The notes under the pieces are model-generated. The model saw nothing but the letters and a program-made list of their open reading frames with translations, searched no databases and was not told the DNA's origin. This document shows positions 50,795-62,608 of a stretch of DNA of 64,000 bases, one piece after another (positions within the stretch are counted from its first letter, which is position 1; every line of letters begins with the position of its first letter). The stretch is from positions 73,038,001-73,102,000 of the forward strand of contig CM052816.1 of NCBI GenBank assembly GCA_028534125.1, read 5' to 3'. The position numbers and the translations under genes were made by a program. This DNA is from Lama glama. Lineage: Eukaryota.

Positions 50795-51070
50795 TACTAG
50801 CTGTTTATCCAAGTCACATAACCAACATCACAATGAAGATAACAGAATATCTCCATCACACCTTCAAAATTCACTTATGTGTCTTTAAACCAATTCTCTC
50901 CGATTAACCCCAGACAGTGGCAAACATGGACCTGAGTTCTGACTGGTCTTAACAGTTTTCTCTTTTCTAGGCTGTCATGAAAATGGAATAAAATATATAG
51001 CCTTTTGCTCTGGCTTCTCTCACTGGGCACCATGTCTGTAAGGTTTCATCATGTCTGCCCTTTATTGATT
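50795..51070 (-). mobile_element. L1MC-like 3' UTR fragment
   Basis: 'aagataacagaatatctccatcacacc...ggcaaacatggacctg...ttttctaggctgtcatgaaaatggaat...tctggcttctctcact'. Confidence 0.75.
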
Positions 51071-51295
51071 CTACTGTTACCCTCAGGACACCACAGGCTT
51101 CCGTTTCTTCCAGTGGTTGATTAAAGGCACTTCCCTTGTGCTTAGGGTCGCAGCTGGGAGGCTAATGGGTTTAGTTCCTCTCATTAGTCTGCCTGCTTCC
51201 CCTTCAGCGGTTCCTGCGCCTCTGTGCCGCAAAGGAGCTCCTTCTCCATGTTCTCATACCTCCCCCGGTGGTAGTGTGTGGATTTTTGTCATAGA

Positions 51296-51620
51296 TGTGC
51301 AAAGAGATAAAATGAGGCAGATTAACAATTTCAAGAGTCTATGGGAACAAACATCAACTGGAATCTGGCAGCGCCAAACCAACAGCAGTAGGAAGAGCTT
51401 CCCGCCCTGAGCTCGGAGCAAGGCTTTCATAGAGGAGGCTGGAAGCAAAGCGAAGGGACTCTGACTGGCTGCAGCTTACGCGATTGCCTTGTTTGGGGAC
51501 GTCTGGTTGGCTGTTTGTGATTAGCTGTTCTTCAGTTTCCTCTTCTCACATTCCATTGACTTGACTCTGCCTTGGGTTTCGGCTTGCTGAGTCTAATGTC
51601 TTGTTTAATTACTTTACCGG
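51296..51620 (-). mobile_element. ERV1-class LTR (MER31/MER67-like)
   Basis: 'tgaggcagattaacaatttcaagagtctatgggaacaaa...gaatctggcagcgccaaacc...aaggctttcatag...ggaagcaaag...ttgccttgtttgg...tgattagc' resembles antisense ERV1 LTRs, with the poly(A) signal and TATA positions on the minus strand. Confidence 0.65.
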
Positions 51621-51654
51621 TTCTAGGTTTGTCGCGGAGGTCGATGGGATTCTG

Positions 51655-51905
51655 TTTTGTTTTTTTTTAATTGAACTCTATAATTGATTTACAATATTGT
51701 GTTAATTTCAGGGGTACAGCAAAGTAATTCAGTTTTATCTATCTATCTATACATGCATGTATGTACATATATATTCTTTTTCAGATTCTTTTCCATTATA
51801 GGTTATTATAAGACATTGAATATAGTTCCCTGTGCTATACAGTAAATCCTTGTTGTTTATCCACTTTATATAAACCAGTATCTTTTAATCCCATACTCCT
51901 AACTG
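51655..51905 (-). mobile_element. Cetartiodactyl-type L1 3' end
   Basis: T-rich tail followed by 'aattgaa...ttgatttacaatattgtgttaatttcaggggtacagcaaagt...gaatatagttccctgtgctatacagta'. Confidence 0.92.
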
Positions 51906-51909
51906 ATCT

Positions 51910-52505
51910 GGTGTGGTCCCCTTTTGTCTTGTCCTGCCCCAACCGTGGGCTCTGTGCAAAAGGCAGGGCTTTCTCACTGGTACTGCCCACTTTTCCTGTG
52001 GTAGCTGAATCCTGCCTGTAATCTGTAATTGCTCTAGGCTGAGAATTTCCTGCCCAAGAGATTGTATATCTTCTTTTTCAGGAAGCAATAAATCATTATA
52101 CACTGGGAGCAAGAGAATGTTTTATCTACTAACTGGTAGGTTAAGGCTTATTAGGAAAGGATTTTCAGCAAGAGTGGGAGAGCTTTTTCTCTTTTTTCCA
52201 GCAGCCACTGACCGTGTCCTCCACACTTGGTCCAATCTTTGGAGTCCCGTATCTCCCGTCCCGCCCCTAGTCTTTCCCATGAGCACCTGGCAGAGAGTGG
52301 TAAAGAGCTTGAGAGAGAAGGTGATTCACTTTTGTGCTTTGAGCCTCAGCTATTCCAAAGTGGTCTTCACTTGGTAGCCTTGTAACCTTAGCTTTCTGAT
52401 GGGTTCAAGAAAAGGTATGCTTCTGTTGATTATTTGACATTTTCTTATTAATGATATGTAAGCAACATTTTTTGTAGATTTCTTCATCCTAAGTGGAAGC
52501 GGAAA
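51910..52505 (-). mobile_element. Old L1M (L1M4/L1MC-like) 5' UTR region
   Basis: Ends 'agctttctgatgggttcaagaaaag...tttcttcatcctaagtggaagcggaa', resembling the antisense 5' terminus of old L1M elements; GC-richer body. Confidence 0.6.
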
Positions 52506-53913
52506 TAGGTACGTTTGTACAGCCAGCCTGGGGATTTTCTGCAGACACTGCCCTATTTTAGGTAATACTCATTGCTGCAGGCTGCTTGCCATGAGTCAAA
52601 AATAGATCTTACATGAAAGGATTATTTGTGATCAAACATCAAAATGTGATTAGTCTTTTATGCTGGTCATAACCCTTTTGAAATCATCTGTCAACAGGAT
52701 AAAGTTTAATAAATAGCATCATTATTAATAACAGTGAACCTGAGAGATATCAGAGCAGTCGGTGAATGTCCTGGATGTTTCTTACGTTACTACTTATCAC
52801 ACACTTATTTATCTGTTGCTTCATACGTGTATTCTTGTCCAGTTTGCCTATTTGTACGTCACTTCAGTTTCATCTTCTACTTGGATTTGAGCAATCAAGA
52901 TACAGCTAAAAAATAAGTATGATTTTTAAAGGCTATAAAATTGTGAACTTTATTATCTTATCCATATAAAAATGCAGAGAAAACCAAAAGGAACTATTTC
53001 AAAATGTTCTTATAGGGACCTCTGAATCTCAGAATTTATTTTATAGTTACTGTTTTCTTTTCTTTCTTTCTCAATTATATAAATGGACCATATTACTATT
53101 AATGGAAAAATATCCTAAAAATTCAATTTATCCTTCTATCTAATATCCCCTCCCAAAGTCTGACTACAAATTCCAAATCAGTATAGAGAAAGGATTTTTT
53201 CTTCACCAACTTCTTTCTCATCATTTTTCCTTTTAACTGTGGAAACTCAACTGCCTCAATCTTTGAAGCCTGTTACTTTTTCTCTCCTCCATTGATAGTC
53301 TCACAAAATCCCAATATTTTAATCATTCGTTTCTTTGTCCACAGTACATCTTTTCAACTGTACATTAATATCTTTTTTTCTCTCTGTCTACACTTAAGAG
53401 GCGAAGTAAATATCTAAGGTATTTGCCTTAATGTTGCTCATATTAAAATTGAGAGTAAATTAACTAGAGTTATAACTTTAAGATAAACAGCTCATCTTTA
53501 TAATTGTCTTTAAATATGTAGACAAATTTCTTAATTAAGAGTGCTTCTTCTTCCAGACAATTATATTATTCTCTAAGAAGTTACTACTCTGAATGACTAC
53601 ATTTAAATATTTTTCGTTTTTACCAGGGTTGCAAATTTTCCAAATTTCTTTTTCCTATTGATCTGGTTATGTCACTTTCTCTGCTAAGTACTTTAATTGC
53701 TTGATTTATGCTCCATGAAAATCATCTAATAACCCTACCAAGCTGTGTATTTGTTGTTGGTTTTCTTAAAACTCTGTACCTAGTCTCTTACCTTTCTCTT
53801 AGACAGTTTTTTGACGCCTGAGAGTTCTTCCATAATGTCCCTTCGCCTCATCAACTTCTACCCTCTCACAAATAATATTTTCATTTAAAAATAACTCAAA
53901 ATCTTTCTCATAT

Positions 53914-53939
53914 AACAACAACAACAACAACAACAACAA
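53914..53939. repeat. (AAC)n microsatellite
   Basis: Directly visible. Confidence 0.95.
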
Positions 53940-54989
53940 ATTCATGGGAAAAGCTTAGTATTAGGTCAAAGAGCAAATGGTTAGCCAAGGTCATCTTTTA
54001 AGGCTTCATGATATGTTGCAGTTTAAAAGTGTCAAGTCGAACAATCAGAGAGACTTTGTCAGTGATCTTAATTATCGTCAGGCTTCTTCTCTCCTTCTTT
54101 CCCATGTTCCCCACTTTTGTGTGTGTGTGTGACCGCCCAGCTTTACATGAAATTCCGCACAGAGGCATGGACACTTGGCTTCCACCCTGACATTGTCTGG
54201 CAATCCCTAACATGGAATCTCCTGAATCAGCAACAATACTTACGCCACCCTCTGCCATATTGTTCTGGGACTCCTGAACTCATAACCAAGCCCAGAACCT
54301 ACTGACTCGAAGGATGCATCTCCTCCTTTCGCTGATCCTTTCACTGATCACATCCGTAAGATTGAACATCACTTTGGATCCACCCCACCACCAAGTGCTA
54401 ATTAATAATTTTATCTAAAATAGTAATTCTTTTCAAAAATAAGACTTATCCCTGAGCCCTAGGATAGGGACTAAAGACCTCCAAGCCAAGGAACAATCTC
54501 CAGGACAATGATCATCTGCCTAATAGGATCCCAAATAACAAAACTCAGCCCTCTAGAACTCCCTCACTAAATTTGTGTACCCCTACCTGTTCCCATTAGG
54601 GTAAGCTATGCAATGCTGAAGATCACATGGAGAGCCTTATTCCCCAGTAACTGAGATTGAGGATGCATATATGAGTAACATGTAGATATGTAAGGCACTG
54701 AGAACATTCTTATAAAAACAAGTGGGTAAAGTAAAATTGGAATCTAGCTCACAGTATGAGTTTTTGTGTTGTCTGTCTCAATAACAAGTTGTAAAGCCCT
54801 GAGGGGGCATTTATCACTTTGAGATTATTTCTTTTTAAGCAAAATGAAAAGTTTGGACTAGATGATATTTATAGCTTCCATTAGATCTAGTATTCCTCAA
54901 TCATTTTAGATAATTTAAAAACTTGTGACATAGACATATCACATGAAGATTGTTCCCATTATTGAAAGACTCTAGCAAGGAGTTAAGAG

Positions 54990-55230
54990 TAGTACTTGAT
55001 TGAAAAAAATAAAAGTTTCGGGGTCATATAAACCTGGGTGAAACACCTGCTTTACAACTTACTAATTGTATGATTTTTTTATAAGTTAATAATTATTCTA
55101 ATCATAGTTAGTGAACTTATAAATACAGATCAAAAAGTACTTCAGGGTTATAAAGATGAAATGAAATCATCTTTCTGGATTCATCTTATATGATACCGGG
55201 TGCCAAGAAGGCACTAATATATGTTAGGCT
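54990..55230 (+). mobile_element. MIR SINE
   Basis: 'ggggtcatataaacctgggtgaaa...acttactaattgtatga...taagtta...cagggttataaagatgaaatgaaat...gcactaatatatgttag'. Confidence 0.7.
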
Positions 55231-55272
55231 TATGTCTTGTCTCTTTTTTCCCTCACCTTTTATGAAAGGAAT

Positions 55273-55328
55273 CGCATAAGCCATCCGGGCTTTGGTGTTT
55301 TGTTATGGCAGCCTGAGCTGACCAATAC
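55273..55328 (+). mobile_element. MLT1A-like LTR 3'-terminal fragment
   Basis: 'taagccatccgggctttggtgttttgttatggcagcctgagctgaccaatac'. Confidence 0.7.
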
Positions 55329-56414
55329 CAAATTCCATCCTTAAAAAAAAAAACTCATTTTGGAAGACTGAAGTCAAAAAAAAAGCCCTGCTATTTGATT
55401 GCTTTAAATGTATGCATGTAAGTGAGAAGATTTTTATGTAAATAAATGAAAATCTGGTGTTGTCATAGGAGCTTCCAGTTGAATGTTATCAAATACAAGG
55501 CTTCCCTGAGTGCATTTATTTCCCTTTTGCAATTAAAAACATTTAAATTCTCCTCTTGATTTCCTTTATCTACAACAGAGAAAGGGAAAATGACAAAGTA
55601 AGATATAAACCAAGGCACTAAATTACAACACACACACACATCATGAACAAAAGAGTACAGTTTTCAGACTCTTTTAATTATTTTTACCGAATGTATTCAC
55701 AAAGCTCTCTCAATATTAAAACATCTATGTATCACAGCTGAAGAAGAACGTTGACTAATTTGTCTCTGCAGAGAAGAACACTTATCTAATCATAATTTAT
55801 AGTTTTGTTTACCTTTCCATTGTGAAAGCTAATTACTTGTCTAAGTGTTTCTGCCCTATTAAGCCACTGGTGAGTGAAAATACAATTTAAATTTTATGTG
55901 TGCTTTCAGTCACAAGTTTTTTATACCTCTCATTAGGGAATCAAATCCCTTCAGGACTTTTGTGAATGAATATCACTGAAAGAACTAAACTTTTTTTCTT
56001 AACTTTTTAATCATGGCCAACAAAGGCTGCAATGAGCACCCAAAAAGACAAAAACTCAAGTCACTTGATTTACAATAACTCAATTATGTGACCAGGATAG
56101 CAAGATATTAGCTTCCTCATGTAAATAGCTCTGTTTGAAATGAATCAACAGATTTTTTTTTTCCTGTTCTGTTATCAAATGGCTTGTGGACTATCTTCAG
56201 TAATTAAAAACAACCCCTGATTCATTATTCCTAGACTATTCCCAGTTGTGTCAAATCAACTAAAATTTCAAGACTAGGAACTGAAAATAGAGAATTATGA
56301 AAAAAAGAGGCAAATATCAATTTAAATCCTTACTTCTGATCGTTCTCTTCCCAACTTAACTCTATTTTTTAATTAGAAATAAATGTGCTATAGCAGATTC
56401 AGACATACAAAATT

Positions 56415-57755
56415 TCAGCACCAGATGATATCACAGATAAATTCTACCAAACATTTAAATAAGAGTTAACAAGTTTCTTTCTCAAACTATTCCAAAAAAT
56501 GTCAGAGGAAAGAATGCTTCCAAACTCATTCTAAGAGGTCAGCATCACCCTGTTAGAAAGTTACTGTCCAATATCACTGATAAACATAGATGTAAAAGTA
56601 TTTAACAAAATATTAGCAAACCAAATTCAATAACACATTAGAGGAATTATACACCATGATCAAATAGAACTTATGGTAGTAATGCAAGGATGATCCAATA
56701 TCAGCAAATCAATCAGTGTGATGCACCACATTAACAAATTGAAGAGTAAAAATCATATGATCATCTAAATAGATGCTGGAAAAGCTTTTGACAAAATTTG
56801 CCATCCATTAATGATAAAGTCTTAACAAAGTGGGTACAGAAGGAACATATCTCAACATAACAAAGGCCATATATGACAAATCCACAGCAAACATCATATT
56901 CAATTGTGAAAAGCTTAAAGCATTTCCTTTAAGATTAGGAACAAGACAAGGATGTCTACTCTCACCACTTTCATTCAACATAGTATTGAAAGTCCAAGCT
57001 ACACAGCATTCAGAGAAGAAAAAGAAAAGGGAACCCTAGTACGCTGTTGGTGGAATTGTAAATTGATACAGCTATGGTGGAAATCAGTATGGGGTTTCCT
57101 CAAAAAAATTAAATATAGAACTGCTATAGGATTCAGTAATTCTACCTCTGGGTATTTACCCAAAGAAGACAAAAACACTCAATCAAAAAGATATATACAC
57201 CCTTACATTTATTGCAGCATTATTTACATTAGTCACTGATAGATGAATGGATAAATATGAAATGGTATATCTATACAATAGAATATTACTCAACCATAAA
57301 AAAGAATGAAATCTTGCCACTTGCAACAACATGGATGGACATAGAGGCTGTTATAGTCAGTGAAATAAGTCAGACAGAGAAAGACAAACCCCATATGATT
57401 TCACTTATTTATGAAATCTAAACAAAACAAATGAACAAATGTAACAAAACAGAAGCGGATTCATAGACACAGAGAGCAAACAGGTCAGAGAGAAAAAGGG
57501 TGCAGTTATGAGTGAAATAGGTGAAGGCAATTAAGAGGTACAAGCTTCCACTTACAAAAATAAATGCATCACAGGGATGAAATGTACCATATGGGGAATA
57601 TTGTCAATTATATTGTAATATTTTTGTCTGGTGATAGATGGTAACTAGATATATCATGGTGATCATTTTGCTATATATAGAAATATCAAATTACTACCTT
57701 GTGCACCTGGAACTAACAGTATTGTAGGTCAATTATACTTCAGTTTTTTTTTAAA
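56415..57755 (+). mobile_element. L1 (L1MA9/laurasiatherian-type 3' end) with internal deletions
   Basis: ORF2 peptide [52 protein letters not shown] is joined directly to the C-terminal 'agggaaccctagtacgctgttggtgg'; the 3' UTR ends 'gtcaattatacttcag'. Confidence 0.93.
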
Positions 57756-57764
57756 TGTATAAAC

Positions 57765-57930
57765 ACTAGGAGGAAATACATCAAAATGCTAATGATAGTT
57801 ATCTCTGCAGGGTGAGTGTTATGAGTGGCTTTTAAGTTTTACTTTATGCTTTTATGTATTTCCCTTGTCTGCAAGGAATATGCATTGCTTTTAAAATTAG
57901 AAAGAAAATAAGAAATGTTATTATAAAAAA
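57765..57930 (+). mobile_element. L1ME/L1MC 3'-terminal fragment
   Basis: 'ggaggaaatacatcaaaatgctaatgatagttatctctg...atgagtggctttt...aatatgcattgcttttaaaattagaaa'. Confidence 0.65.
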
Positions 57931-58583
57931 GAATGGTCTTTGCTCATTTTATCATCTTCATCCTTCCCATTTGTATAACCATTGGAGAAAAAAGTCAAAA
58001 TCAGTTTTTCCAAACATTTAGAAGTGATCAGCTGTAGAAAGAAGGTTTGTAAGGATGTAATAATTCACATAACAACATTTCAGTGGTCCCCTGAAGCTGC
58101 TTGTTCACTTCCACTGCCTACAAATCAAAGAGAACTGTTCATTAATCAAAGTGAATACCCCAATAACACAGTGGAATTGTGGCAGCTTAATGTGCCATTG
58201 TGAATTGTTTATGCTTTTTATTTTACTTTTGTTTTAGAAAGTGACATTTCTGGTACATTCAATAATTCCTCAACTCACTTTTCCAGATTTCATTATTGGA
58301 AGGAAGATATCTATTTCAACCCAAGACTACAAGTTATTTTCGGTTTAGGACTAAAGCATATTTGGGTGAATGATTGATGAACCAGAAGGAATTTACATTA
58401 AGAATTAATTAAATACATGGGGAAAAAAACTCAGCTTATATAAAGAGAAGGAAAATGCATCAGTTATCTCCTTTGGCTGGCGTGTCAAGTCTCTCTCTTT
58501 ACAGAGCAACTAGGCTGTCTCCATCTGAGCCCAACTTACCTCTCCCGAAGTAAGCTTACCTCTCACTTCCTTACATTCCAAGA

Positions 58584-58935
58584 TGTCTTAGCATAGGCTG
58601 CCATAAAATACTTCTGACTGGGTAGCTTAAAACAACATAAATTTATTTCTCACAATTCTGGAGGCTGGAAAGTTCAACAGTAAGGTCAAGTAGGGTTCAG
58701 TTTCTGATGAGAGCTCTCGTCTGGCTTACAAAAGGCTATCGTCTTGCTGTGTCCTCACAAGGTAGAAAGAGCAAGCAAGTTCTCTTCTTATAAGGCACTA
58801 ATTCCATTATCAGGGTCCCACCCTTATGATCTCATTTAAACCTGATTACCTTCCAAAGGCGCATCTCCAAAATTCATCACATTTGAGGTTAGAGCTTCAA
58901 CTTATAAAAATGGGGACACAGTTCAGTCCGTAACA
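58584..58935 (-). mobile_element. Near full-length MLT1A-like solo LTR inserted in L2
   Basis: tgtcttag...ggctgccataa...aatttatttctcacaattctggaggctggaa...cttataaggcactaat...ggggacacagttcagtccgtaaca (TG...CA ends). Confidence 0.9.
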
Positions 58936-59355
58936 CCTGTTTCTTCCTTTATCTGTGCTCTAGCACACTGTCTGCAGTTTCCTCCTGCCATTGTGATGTT
59001 TATTGCCTTAATTTCATTTTCCATGTTGCTTACTAGGCAAGGCTCACTTCATTACCCACCTAATTTCTATTCACATTTGAAAGCTCAATTCTGTTATCAC
59101 CTGTTCCTGAAAGATATTCTTGACCTTTCCAATTAAGTGAACTTTCTTTATGATTTCATAATATACTTTGTATATACATATTTTTGCAATTACTATCTGA
59201 ACTATGCAAGGAGATATGCATTTTTCTCACTAGATTTTGAGTTCCTCTAAGACAAAAACTTGGTTTTATCTGTCTACCTCCAGAACATAATACAGCACCT
59301 GGGACATGTGGGCTCAGTGAGATGTGTATTGAATGAATTGATAAATGAATAAACA
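58936..59355 (+). mobile_element. L2 LINE 3' fragment
   Basis: 'aaagctcaattctgttatcacctgttcctgaaag...cactagattttgagttcctc...acagcacctgggacatgtgggctcagtgagatgtgtattgaatgaattgataaatgaat'. Confidence 0.8.
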
Positions 59356-59685
59356 AATGAAAGAAAAAATGGTTCAAAGCATCTGAGGCAACCTCAAGGT
59401 GAAGGGAAAATGTTCAATGCAGCACATTTTTCAAATTGTAATCTTTGCAAAACCAAGGAATACAGCATTGTACGAAGGCATAAACAAAACTCCCCGAGGA
59501 TTTGGGAGAAATTTGTTGTCATTTTTGTAATTGTCTTTTAATTTCTGTGCTCTGAATTTTTTTCACATGTATGAAGAAGCAAAATCCAGAGAATAAAACT
59601 TTTAATATTGGTTCATTTGGTGTCTTTCTTTTTCTTTCATTTTCATAGCTCGGAAAGTAAAAATGATACACAAAGAGTGATTAGA

Positions 59686-59689
59686 GTGT

Positions 59690-59720
<31 letters not shown>
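59686..59720. repeat. (GT)n microsatellite
   Basis: Directly visible. Confidence 0.97.
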
Positions 59721-59723
<3 letters not shown>

Positions 59724-60989
59724 CGGCTAAGGATATCAATGCTATCGTCATGTCACAGTGAAGAGGATGAGATAGTGCTTTTAGAACTCATTATTCTGAA
59801 CTCATTAACAGTGGCCCTTGCAGCTAGCCCCACCTCATTTAGCAAAGGAGATGATGTGTGTGCTTCCTTGGCAACTCTGCAGCCTGCAGGTTAAAAATAA
59901 TTTTGTCATTTTTGTTCCTCTGCTTCCATCAAACACACACACACACACACTGACTCACACAAAGCATTTCAATTTTCTGCAGTTTGTTTAGAAACACTGA
60001 AGTTCTGTTCACTTCCTGTGCACATCGCCTCTGAAAAACATTTCCCTTGCATCACAAAACTATTTGTGGTGTTTTAATATGATTAACACTTTAATTTTTA
60101 TGTGATTTCTTAAGTATCATAATGTTTAGTTGCTTAAACAAAGGATTGGGATTGGAGGTTAAAATTAGAAAGTCTGAAGCATAAAACTTGAAGCAAGACC
60201 CAACATGCAAGGAAAGAATGCGATTCAGAAACCTGATTGTTAAGGATTATGAATAGACGTGATGATGATCATTGTTGGCCATGAGGTATTGACCCCCAAG
60301 TTTGATTATTTAGGAGGTCTTTCTCTCAAAGAAAACTGCATATATAAAAACTATACACAAAATAAAATTGGAGATTAAGCCTAGAGACGGTGAGATCCTC
60401 TTACACTCCCTATAACGTTCAAAGTACTTGAGCAAAAAATTTGATCAATGTTGGGGTATAGCCTGATTCCTCCCAGTTTTGGAAATCAGTTTTAGTTCTA
60501 TGGAAGAGGTGTTGAAGTTGAATCTACAAAAGTTTAAACTTTATCCAGTAAAGTTTGGTACCAGGTGGCACAATTTGGAGGGAAGTTCACCATCCTCACT
60601 TATACATTAGAGGAGAGAACTGATACAATCGCCTTGGTTGCTAAGGTGTCCCAGCCCATTTCTGGACCAGAGAGAGAGGAGGAAGGAGCTAGCAGTGTGG
60701 GTGGGGCTGTGGGGCCCCGCCATCAAATAGGAGAGATCACTGGATTTGTAGCACAAGTGGACAGAATGGTGACTATTCTTTATGGAAAGTAACAAGAGAG
60801 TTTCCAATTTACACAAAATGTCCCCAAATATTTAGAGTCATGAAGGGTATAAGTGGAGCTACAGCTGGACGAACACTGCCCTTTGACATTACTATGAACC
60901 CTCTTCATCTCCGTTACGTGCAGCCTGCGGAAATAGGTCACATAGGTTTTCCCTGAATAGCAAACCTGACCCCTCTACGTCTGTTTTTC

Positions 60990-61720
60990 CCTACAGCATC
61001 CTTTTCTTTGGATTGGCTCTTCTCTTTTACTAGGCTGTCTTCAGTTTGCTTTTCCAAATAATGAAACAAATTAAGATTTCTCAGTTGCCCCTGCCTCTCA
61101 GCCTCCAAAACCCAACATGAACCCCTGAAACTCTTCTCTGTGACAGTCCCTGAATGTATTTTCTACAGTCCTTTCCTTAGGATGTGGGTCAGTGTCTTTT
61201 CCTTTCAGTTCTTGGAGTCAATACACTTTCTAGTTTCTCACAGCTTTCATTTCCACCTTGTGTCCCTACCCAATGCCTGGGAGACCATTATATCAATCCC
61301 TTTCTTAACCGACCTATATGACAATATATGTATGACCATGCACATATCTCTCCTACTCTATATCAACCCTGTAACTTATACCAGGCATTTTTCTGAAACA
61401 AAACATTGATCGGAGTTCTTCTGAAGAAAAACAAATAGAAGTTACTCACAGCTTGTGCAATCAAATTTAAATCCGAGACTTCCAGGGCTAGTAATGGTCT
61501 AAGCCCTTTTACCTGGCCCTGTATAACTCCAACAGTTCTTCAACAGTGAGGTTCAGTGCCTCAACTTCACATTCCCTCAAGAGGCCATTCTTCTTTCTCC
61601 TTTCATGTCCCGGGTTCATATTATCTCGTACCTTAGAGCACTTAGGTCTTCTCCACCCTTAACAGTATACATTCTACCCTTCTTTTGAAGTTTCCCTTTT
61701 CTGGATACTATTCATTATTC
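60990..61720 (+). mobile_element. Degenerate L2 fragment
   Basis: Pyrimidine-rich; 'ttttctgaaacaaaacattgatc...caatcaaatttaaatcc...ttccagggc...aatggtctaagcccttttacct'. Confidence 0.5.
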
Positions 61721-61819
61721 CTCGAGCCCTCCAGGCCTGCTTTTGCACATTTTCATTCCTGCTTCAACAAAACAAAGGTCAATCACATATTTACATCTGT
61801 TTCCCTAGCTATTTTATTC

Positions 61820-61960
61820 TTTCAATGAACAAATATTTACTGAATATCTACTATGTCTCAGGAATGATTCTAGACAATGCAAAAGTGAATAAAATTTGGT
61901 CCTGTCCATAATCCAGTAAGGGAGTCATATTTACAAATGAATCATTAAGATGAGTAACTT
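61820..61960 (-). mobile_element. L2 tail fragment
   Basis: 'aacaaatatttactgaatatctactatgtctcagg...ttctagac...gtgaataaaa...ggtcctgtcc'. Confidence 0.75.
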
Positions 61961-62223
61961 CTGTGTTCATACTGCTATCAGCTAGAAAGTTTATTTCTTT
62001 AGGGAGGAAACCTTATCTCCTTTTTTTTTCTTTAAATACCATCTAAGAACAATCACAATGCTGAGGAATTGCTACATGCTAGATAAACGGTAGTGGAGAA
62101 AATTATTAAGATGATGAGATCAAAGTACTATTCTTAATTGATAATAGGTTTAACATAAATTTTTTCTAAAAGTAAAGAATGCTAAAGCAATGTAGTTTTG
62201 AGATAAGAAATATCAATTGTATG

Positions 62224-62608
62224 GGCCTAGAGATGACATGCTAAGAGAAATAAATCAGACAAAGACAAATATCATATGAATCATTTATATGCAGAATCTT
62301 TAAAGAATGACACAAAGAACTTATTTAAAAAACAGAAACAGACTCAGACATAAAAAACAAACTTACAGTTACCAAAGGGGAGGAGAGAGGGATAATTGGG
62401 AGTCTGAGATTAGCAGATACAAGCTACTATATACAGAATAGACAAACAACCAGGTCCTACTGTATAGCACAGGGAACTATATTCAATATCTTATAATAAC
62501 CTATAATAGAAAAGACTATGAACAAGAATATTTACATATGGATAACTGAATCACTGCGCTGTACACCAGAAACTAACACAATATGTAAATCAACTCTATT
62601 TCAATTTA
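62224..62608 (+). mobile_element. Cetartiodactyl-type L1 3' end
   Basis: 'gacaaagacaaatatcatatga...aacagaaacagactca...ggtcctactgtatagcacagggaactatattcaatatctt...aaatcaactctatttcaatttaaaaa'; possible decayed TSD aaatatcaattgtatg (62208-62223) / aaaaatcaatcacatg (62609-62624). Confidence 0.92.

Noticed and set aside
60565..60792. 75-aa ORF with protein-like composition (MAQFGGKFTILTYTLEERTD...)
   Set aside because: Non-ATG start, no recognised homologue, no poly-A/TSD for a retrocopy and no clear splice sites; a blastp/tblastn search would be needed to revive it.
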